Origin: an uncultured Ruminiclostridium sp.
GTDB taxonomy: Bacteria; Bacillota; Clostridia; Oscillospirales; Oscillospiraceae
NCBI GenBank assembly: GCA_964420085.1
Contig: CAYQRI010000001.1
Coordinates: forward strand, 31,372-95,371
Direction: 5' to 3'
Length of the DNA stretch: 64,000 nucleotides
Shown: positions 57,745 through 64,000 of the stretch, piece after piece
Layout of the letters: each line of letters starts with the position of its first letter
Numbering within the stretch: the first letter of the stretch is position 1
Translations under genes and position numbers: made by a program
Notes under the pieces: generated by a model
Databases searched by the model: none
Seen by the model: the letters and a program-made list of their open reading frames with translations, nothing else
Told to the model about the DNA's origin: nothing

Positions 57745-59782
57745 CATCATTCCCCTGTCTTTCGGTTGAGGCAGCAGAAAATTCTGCAATTCTCTGCAAG
57801 ACTTCCTCCAGAGAATAAATCGGGATACCCAAAGTCTCTGCCTTTTGCAGCTTACTGCCCGCCTCCTCTCCCGCCAGAAGGAAGGTGGTTTTTTTCGAAA
57901 CACTCTTTGTCACCTTGCCGCCATGCTCCGTGATGAGCTGCTCCGCCTCTTCTCTGGTTCTGTCGGGGAGCGTACCCGTAATGACAACGGTCTGCCCAGA
58001 AAACGGCTGCTCGCCGACAGGCTCTGCCACTGGCGTTTGATCCAGCTTCACCCCGGCGACCTTGAACTTCTCTAACAGGCGTTGGGCTGCCTCTGTCTTG
58101 AAGTAATCAAAGACACACTGTGCCGACACAGGCCCGATATCCTCTGTCTGCATCATATCCTCCACGGTAGCGTGTGCGAGGGCATCCATGGAGCCAAAGC
58201 GTTTCATGAGTGCCTCTGCTGCTCCTGTCCCGACATTATCAATGCCCAGCCCAGTCAGCAGGCGGGATGGCTCCTTTTGCTTTGCCTTCTCAATCACCGC
58301 CAGCAGCTTATCCGTATTCTTCTCTTTCCCAATGATGCCCTGTTCAATGAGTGTCTCTCTATGCCGATAGAGCGTAAAAATATCCGCCACATCGGAGAGA
58401 TATCCCTTTTCAATGAGTTCATGGACATACACCGCACCAAAGCCCTTGATATCCATGGCCGTTCTGCCCACAAAATGGGCAATGAGCCGCTCCAACTGTG
58501 CAGGGCAATTGAAATTGACGCAGCGGATATCGGCGGTATCCTCTCGCACCGCTGCTTCGCCACAGACAGGGCATACCATCGGGATATGGAAGACCTCTGC
58601 GTTGGGCGGACGCTTTTCCGCCACCTCACCCACGCATTTCGGAATGACCTCCCCTGCCTTTTCAATTTTGAGCGTAGAGCCGAGACAAATACCCAAATTG
58701 GTGATGTAATCCTGATTGTGCAGCGTGCAGCGTGAGACCGTAGTTCCGCAAAGCCGAATCGGCTCAAAGACCGCCGTCGGGGTGATTTTTCCCGTTCGTC
58801 CCACGGATAGTTCAATATTGAGCAGCTTGGTTTCCTTCTGCTCGGGCGGATACTTATAGGCAATCTGATAGCCTGCATTTTTAGCGGTGTCGCCCAGCTT
58901 TTTTCTCGCAGCCAGCTCGTTCACCTTGACCACTGCGCCGTCAATCTCGTAGGGCAGCGAACCACGCAGCTCTCCAATGCGCTCGATGGCCGTCCAAACC
59001 TCCGCCTTGCTTTTGCAAACGAAGTAGCAGGAAATGACGGTCACACCACAGGACTTCAAGAAGGCATACGCTTCCTCGTGGGTTGCAAGGGCTTTGCCCC
59101 TGATATCCTGCACGTTGAAAACGAAGAAGGAAAGCCCCCGCTCCTTTGTGATTTTGGCATCCAGCTGACGCAGGGTTCCGGCGGCACAGTTGCGGGGATT
59201 GGCAAAGGGCTTTTTCTCCAAAAGCTCCTGCTTTTCATTGACGGCTTCAAACGCCGCCTCGGTCATATAAACCTCGCCACGCACTTCCAAATAGTCAATC
59301 GGCTCCCGAAGCGTTTGGGTGACATCCGCAATGACCTTGGCGTTTTCGGTGACATCCTCCCCGAAGTGCCGTCCGTCCCCACGGGTAATGGCTGTTTTAA
59401 GGCGCCCCTGCTCATAGCGCAGCGCCATAGACAGCCCATCAATTTTGGTCTCTACAATAAAGGTTGTTTGTTCGCCCAGCTTTTCATAGCAGTCGTCCAC
59501 AAAGTGCTCTACGTCCTCCCTGCTGAACAGGTCCTGCATGGAGAGCATCGGCACCCGATGCTCGACCAAAACGCCTGCCGTCCGCTTTGCGATGCCGCCG
59601 ACCTTCTGTGTGGGAGAATCGGGTGTCACCCATTCGGGATGCTCCTTTTCTATGGCTTTCAGCTCCTGCATGAGCGTATCATACGCCACATCGGTAATTT
59701 CAGGGCGATCCTCGTTGTAGTACCGTGCACTGTGATAATTTAGCTGTGCACGAAGCTCCTCAAGCCGTTCGGATACTTCCAT
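57731..59782 (-). CDS. ligA: NAD-dependent DNA ligase
   Basis: ETKIDG adenylation motif, FANPRNCAAG, VGRTGKITP, C4 zinc finger, HhH motifs and BRCT domain. Confidence 0.98.
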   Translation of the reverse strand: MEVSERLEELRAQLNYHSARYYNEDRPEITDVAYDTLMQELKAIEKEHPEWVTPDSPTQKVGGIAKRTAGVLVEHRVPMLSMQDLFSREDVEHFVDDCYEKLGEQTTFIVETKIDGLSMALRYEQGRLKTAITRGDGRHFGEDVTENAKVIADVTQTLREPIDYLEVRGEVYMTEAAFEAVNEKQELLEKKPFANPRNCAAGTLRQLDAKITKERGLSFFVFNVQDIRGKALATHEEAYAFLKSCGVTVISCYFVCKSKAEVWTAIERIGELRGSLPYEIDGAVVKVNELAARKKLGDTAKNAGYQIAYKYPPEQKETKLLNIELSVGRTGKITPTAVFEPIRLCGTTVSRCTLHNQDYITNLGICLGSTLKIEKAGEVIPKCVGEVAEKRPPNAEVFHIPMVCPVCGEAAVREDTADIRCVNFNCPAQLERLIAHFVGRTAMDIKGFGAVYVHELIEKGYLSDVADIFTLYRHRETLIEQGIIGKEKNTDKLLAVIEKAKQKEPSRLLTGLGIDNVGTGAAEALMKRFGSMDALAHATVEDMMQTEDIGPVSAQCVFDYFKTEAAQRLLEKFKVAGVKLDQTPVAEPVGEQPFSGQTVVITGTLPDRTREEAEQLITEHGGKVTKSVSKKTTFLLAGEEAGSKLQKAETLGIPIYSLEEVLQRIAEFSAASTERQGNDDEKM

Positions 59783-59828
59783 CTGTTCTCCCCTTCTTTC
59801 CAGCCCCTTGTGACAGGGGCTTTTCTGC

Positions 59829-61079
59829 TTACTTCCGCAAAAGCTCCTCGGCGGCCAGCAAAACGCCCAGCTTTCCGGATTCGTAGGTTAAGCCGCCCTG
59901 CATATACACGGTATAGGGTGGTCGCATGGGCGCATCGGCAGAAAGCTCAATGGAAGCGCCTTGGATGAACGCACCTGCTGCCATGATGACGGGGCAATCG
60001 TAGCCGGGCATTTCCCACGGGACGGGGGTAACATACGAATCCACAGGGGCACCGGACTGGATGCCCTTGCAGAATTTTTCGACGGCCTCCGGCTTTTCCA
60101 AGTGAATCATTTGGATGATATCGTGTCGAATATCGGTCGAGAGCGGATCGGTGCGATAGCCCAGCAGCTCCATAACCTTTGCCGCAAAAACGGCGGTTTT
60201 GGTTGCCTGTGCCACCGTGTGGGGCGCCAAAAACAGACCTTGATAGAGTGCCCGATTATTTCCCAGGGAAGCGCCGCATTCCCGTCCGATGCCGGGAACG
60301 GTCATCCGCATAGCGGTGCTCTCCACCAAATCACGGCGACCCGCAACATAGCCACCCATGGGTGCCAAGCCGCCGCCGGGGTTTTTGATGAGAGAACCCA
60401 TAATGAGGTCTGCGCCCACCTCAGAAGGCTCCTTTGTCTCCACAAATTCGCCATAGCAGTTATCGACCAAAATATTGACCTTGGGGTTATTCTGGCGAAT
60501 GAGAGTGCAAATCTCCTGAATCTCGGCCACGGAAAGGGAGGCTCTGGTAGCATAGCCACGGGAGCGCTGGATGAGCACCGCCTTTACCTTATCGTCCCGC
60601 ACTGCCTGTGCAATGCCGTTAAAATCGGGGGTGTCCTCGGGGGTCAGGTCAACCTGTCGGTAGGCAATGCCAAACTCCCTCAGGGAGCCGTTTCCATCGC
60701 CTGTGATGCCGATGACCCCCTGCAAGGTGTCGTAGGGTGCGCCAATGGCTGAGACCAAAACATCGCCCGGACGCAGTACGCCGTAAAGAGCCGAAGCAAT
60801 GGCGTGGGTTCCGTTGACGAAATTGATCCGCACCATCGCATCCTCTGTGCCGAAAATGTCGGCATATATCTCGCCCAAGGCTTCTCTGCCTAAATCATCA
60901 TAGCCATAGCCGGTGGTGCCTTGAAAAAAGGCTTCGGCTACACGATGCTTTTGAAATGCAGACAGCACCTTTCGGGTGTTATATTCCGCAATTTCATCGA
61001 TGCGAGTAAACTGTGCGGTCAGTGCCATTTGTGCCCTTGCGCCTAGGGCAAGGGTTTGGTCGCTTATCTGTAAAGGCAT
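59829..61079 (-). CDS. Methionine gamma-lyase family / YnbB-like PLP enzyme
   Basis: TTGYGYDDLGRE, NGTHAIA, IQRSRGY, VDNCYGEF, GSLIKNPGGG, IQGASIELSADAP. Confidence 0.92.
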   Translation of the reverse strand: MPLQISDQTLALGARAQMALTAQFTRIDEIAEYNTRKVLSAFQKHRVAEAFFQGTTGYGYDDLGREALGEIYADIFGTEDAMVRINFVNGTHAIASALYGVLRPGDVLVSAIGAPYDTLQGVIGITGDGNGSLREFGIAYRQVDLTPEDTPDFNGIAQAVRDDKVKAVLIQRSRGYATRASLSVAEIQEICTLIRQNNPKVNILVDNCYGEFVETKEPSEVGADLIMGSLIKNPGGGLAPMGGYVAGRRDLVESTAMRMTVPGIGRECGASLGNNRALYQGLFLAPHTVAQATKTAVFAAKVMELLGYRTDPLSTDIRHDIIQMIHLEKPEAVEKFCKGIQSGAPVDSYVTPVPWEMPGYDCPVIMAAGAFIQGASIELSADAPMRPPYTVYMQGGLTYESGKLGVLLAAEELLRK

Positions 61080-61165
61080 ATTGCATTACATCCTTTATAT
61101 CTCTATATTTTTCTTTATTTTTATGCGCCAATCTTACGCAGTTTTTTCGCTGTATACTCTGGAAA

Positions 61166-62158
61166 TTATGCGTATTTTTTGTTTGCAAAAGCGGCAATCA
61201 GCCTTGCCGCAGCGCTCACATCCTCTGTGTCAACCATTTCAACCGGCGAATGGACATAACGGCAGGGAATGGAAATGCCACCCGTCCGCACACCCGCTCT
61301 GGTCAAGTGAATGGCACCAGCATCCGTTCCTCCGCCTGTAATTACATCTTTTTGACAAGTGATTTTACTTTCCTCTGCAAGTTTTTCAAGGGTTTCTACC
61401 ACCTCGGGGTGGGAAATGACAGAATTATCCATAATCTTAATGGCAGCACCCTTCCCCAGTGCAGAGCTTCCCCTGCCCTTGCTGTCCAATTCATCTCCGG
61501 TGGTAATATCCACCGCAATACCATAGTCCGGCTCAATCACATAGGCGGCAGGCTTACTGCCACGCAACCCCAATTCCTCCTGCACCGTGAATACAAAGTA
61601 AAGGTCGTTCTCACTGGCACGCACCATACTCATCGCCTCCAGCATGGCCGCACAGGAAATGCGGTTATCCAAATAGGGCGCAACCAGACGGGACTCCGTG
61701 CAGAAGGCAGGCATATAGGAAACCGCCGTATCGCCAATGCGAACCAGATGGCGGGCATCCTCCTCGTTCTTTGCGCCGATATCCAAGTAAAGATCCTCCA
61801 AGGTCATATCCTTGACAGCGACCTTTCCACGCAGAGACACCAAGCCAATCACACCGTTTTTAAAACGGAACGGGGTGTGCAAAATACTTTCGGGGCGCAC
61901 CCCACCCAGCTTGCCAAAGGAGAGATAGCCGTGCGCATCGATGTGGGTGACAATCAATCCGATGGAGTCCATATGGGCGGCAAACATCATTTTGGGTCCC
62001 GTCCCCTTTTTGTGTGCGATCAGGTTGCCCATGGTATCTACGGTGCATTCGTCTACATACGGCTCCGCCAAGCGTTTCAGGGTGGTGGCAATCTGCTGTT
62101 CATCCCCCGCAGGACCATGGCAGGCATTGAGCATTTGAATGACAGATAAATAATCCAT
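61166..62158 (-). CDS. M42 family metallopeptidase
   Basis: AHMDSIG, LDNR, TVQEELG, AVDIT, GGTDA, RYVHS. Confidence 0.92.
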   Translation of the reverse strand: MDYLSVIQMLNACHGPAGDEQQIATTLKRLAEPYVDECTVDTMGNLIAHKKGTGPKMMFAAHMDSIGLIVTHIDAHGYLSFGKLGGVRPESILHTPFRFKNGVIGLVSLRGKVAVKDMTLEDLYLDIGAKNEEDARHLVRIGDTAVSYMPAFCTESRLVAPYLDNRISCAAMLEAMSMVRASENDLYFVFTVQEELGLRGSKPAAYVIEPDYGIAVDITTGDELDSKGRGSSALGKGAAIKIMDNSVISHPEVVETLEKLAEESKITCQKDVITGGGTDAGAIHLTRAGVRTGGISIPCRYVHSPVEMVDTEDVSAAARLIAAFANKKYA

Positions 62159-62175
62159 TTCGTAATCTCCTTCTC

Positions 62176-63234
62176 TCAGATTGATTCCGTGGTGGCCATG
62201 GCGTTGAGGAACAGTCTTGCCAAGCTGAGCATATGCTCACAGTCCTGTAAGGAAGCGACACTGGACGGCGTATGCAAATAGCGCACGGCCGCTGAAATGG
62301 CAGCAACTCGCACACCGCCCTTGCTTTTTTGGATCACGGAGGCATCCGTGCCGCCGGAAATATATTGCTTGGTTTGCCATGGAATGCCGCCCGTTTCCGC
62401 CAAGGCACGCAGCAGCTCAAATAGGGGGCGGTCATAGACGGCGCCGCCGTCCATGAAGGGAAGCACAGGCCCTTTTCCCGGGGCACAAACTCTCTGGTGT
62501 GCCGCCATAGAGGGCAGATCCGCCGCAGTCGTCCCCTCCAAAACCAAAGCTACGGCAGGCGTGATAGAAAAGGCGGCGCCGAAGGCACCACGGGCACCGA
62601 CCTCCTCCTGCACGGTGAAAGCGAAGGTACAGTCCATCGGTAAGGGTTCCTTGAGCAGCTCTACCATAATTGCACAGCCGATGCGGTCGTCAATTGCCTT
62701 GGCCTTGAGCAGTCCTTTGCCAAATTCCAAAACGTCGGTATCAAACACCGCCACATCACCCAAGGAAACCAGTTGTTCCGCTTCCTCGGCGGTCTTTGCG
62801 CCGATATCGATATAAAATTCCCGCAGCTTGGGCACTTTCTTTTCTTCTTCGGCATCGGTGAGATGATAAGCCTTCAGACCGATGACACCGGGCACCTGCT
62901 TTTCACCGATCCGCACTTGCTTTCCGATGAGAACCCGACGATCAATGCCACCGACCGTACCGAATTTCAAATAGCCCTCGTCGGTGATGGTCTGAACCAT
63001 CAAACCCACCTCATCCATGTGGGCGGCGAGCATGAGCTTCTTTCTCCCGGGAACCGCCCCTTTTTTGAATACAATCAGGTTCCCCATCGTATCCACACGC
63101 ACATGGTCGGCATGAGGCTCCACTTCCATGCGGATATAGGCACGCACGGCATCCTCATAACCGGAAACGCCGGGCAGGGCACACAAGGCTTTTAGGGTAT
63201 CAATCAGCAAAAAACTCTCCTCCTTCCGCAGCAA
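62176..63234 (-). CDS. M42 family metallopeptidase
   Basis: AHMDEVG, KAIDDR, TVQEEVG, GGTDA, RYLHT. Confidence 0.92.
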   Translation of the reverse strand: MLRKEESFLLIDTLKALCALPGVSGYEDAVRAYIRMEVEPHADHVRVDTMGNLIVFKKGAVPGRKKLMLAAHMDEVGLMVQTITDEGYLKFGTVGGIDRRVLIGKQVRIGEKQVPGVIGLKAYHLTDAEEEKKVPKLREFYIDIGAKTAEEAEQLVSLGDVAVFDTDVLEFGKGLLKAKAIDDRIGCAIMVELLKEPLPMDCTFAFTVQEEVGARGAFGAAFSITPAVALVLEGTTAADLPSMAAHQRVCAPGKGPVLPFMDGGAVYDRPLFELLRALAETGGIPWQTKQYISGGTDASVIQKSKGGVRVAAISAAVRYLHTPSSVASLQDCEHMLSLARLFLNAMATTESI

Positions 63235-64000
63235 GGTTCTTTAAAAAGGCGGCCAGTAAAGCCGCCGTTGTCTCTAAATCCGCCAAGTCGAGTGTTTCCA
63301 CAGGGCTATGCATATATTTGAGCGGCAGAGACAGCACACCCGTGGCAATCCCCTCACGGGCGGTCTGCACGCCCCAAGCGTTGGTGCCGCTGTGTCCTGC
63401 CATGACTTCCAGTTCAAAGGAAAGCCCCTGTTCCTTTGCCTTCTGTCGCAAGCGGTCAGAAAGCCAGCGTGTGATATTGGAGCCAATGCCAATGACGGTG
63501 CCTTCTCCGCTGGGATGGGTCTGATCCTTGGGTGCGTCGGGGGTTCTCGCATGGGTCACATCCACGGCAAGGAAGCAGTGTGGCTCTATGTCATAGGCGC
63601 CTACTAAAGCACCGCCGCCGTTGGTTTCCTCTCGGCTGCTGCCCATGAAATATAAGTCAACATCCAAAGGGGTATCCTGCAAAAGCTCTGCTGTGCGGAG
63701 CAGGGTCACAAAGCCGGCACGGTCGTCCAGTGCCTTGCTGGTGATTCGGTTGTTTTCCAAGCACTGAAAGGAAGCCCGTGGCACAACAAAGGTGCCCACA
63801 AGACGTTCCGCCTCCTCCTGCGTCAAGCCCGCATCAATCCGCAGGTCAGCAATGGGGATGCTTTTATCCGCATCGCCCGACTTTTGGACGTGCGGTGGTA
63901 CGACGGCAACCAATCCAAACATTGGCGGCTCCGTCAGAATGGTCACCTCTCGATTGGGGAGCATACGGGGGTCTACGCCACCCACGGAGCGAAAGCGCAG
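63200..64000 (-). CDS. M42 family metallopeptidase (5' end beyond the window)
   Basis: Open to the window edge (LRFRSVGGVDPRM...); KALDDRAG, REET, AVDVT, KYMHS. Confidence 0.9.
   Translation of the reverse strand: MRFRSVGGVDPRMLPNREVTILTEPPMFGLVAVVPPHVQKSGDADKSIPIADLRIDAGLTQEEAERLVGTFVVPRASFQCLENNRITSKALDDRAGFVTLLRTAELLQDTPLDVDLYFMGSSREETNGGGALVGAYDIEPHCFLAVDVTHARTPDAPKDQTHPSGEGTVIGIGSNITRWLSDRLRQKAKEQGLSFELEVMAGHSGTNAWGVQTAREGIATGVLSLPLKYMHSPVETLDLADLETTAALLAAFLKNLAAEGGEFFAD

Overview
Chromosomal window (about 50% GC by eye) from a spore-forming Clostridia-type Firmicute; the taxon is inferred from gene content and promoter style. Most of it is housekeeping or metabolic: response regulator, polysaccharide deacetylase and ECF sigma/anti-sigma, amidohydrolase, AIM24, recQ with a coupled cat, T-box-controlled tyrS, acyl-CoA ligase-yerC-iorAB, a TAXI-TRAP transporter, an AGCS symporter behind a glycine-riboswitch-like leader, a 10-gene V/A-type ATPase operon with two K subunits, feoAAB, NERD nuclease, amidase, SWIM-SNF2 helicase, lipase-SLH protein, a glycolipid GT4 operon with a GT4-VTT/DedA fusion, the TIGR03960/TIGR03936 pair, mgtC, ligA, Met-gamma-lyase family and three M42 peptidases. 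The standout accessory locus is 4507-8276. It has three paralogues sharing a ~95-aa helical core (PNIP...SIAxEE...AExEKI...LLxxNxS...MLLxxKLE) with different C-terminal tails, plus a 500-aa repeat protein. Three sigmaK-like promoters lie in the locus, two of them divergent with overlapping -10 boxes. I interpret it, by inference, as a modular endospore-appendage (A-ENA/sporesilk-like) system. Two small TIR-bounded MITE-like elements were also found. No rRNA, tRNA, CRISPR array, transposase or prophage was seen. All family assignments come from motif recognition without database searches.
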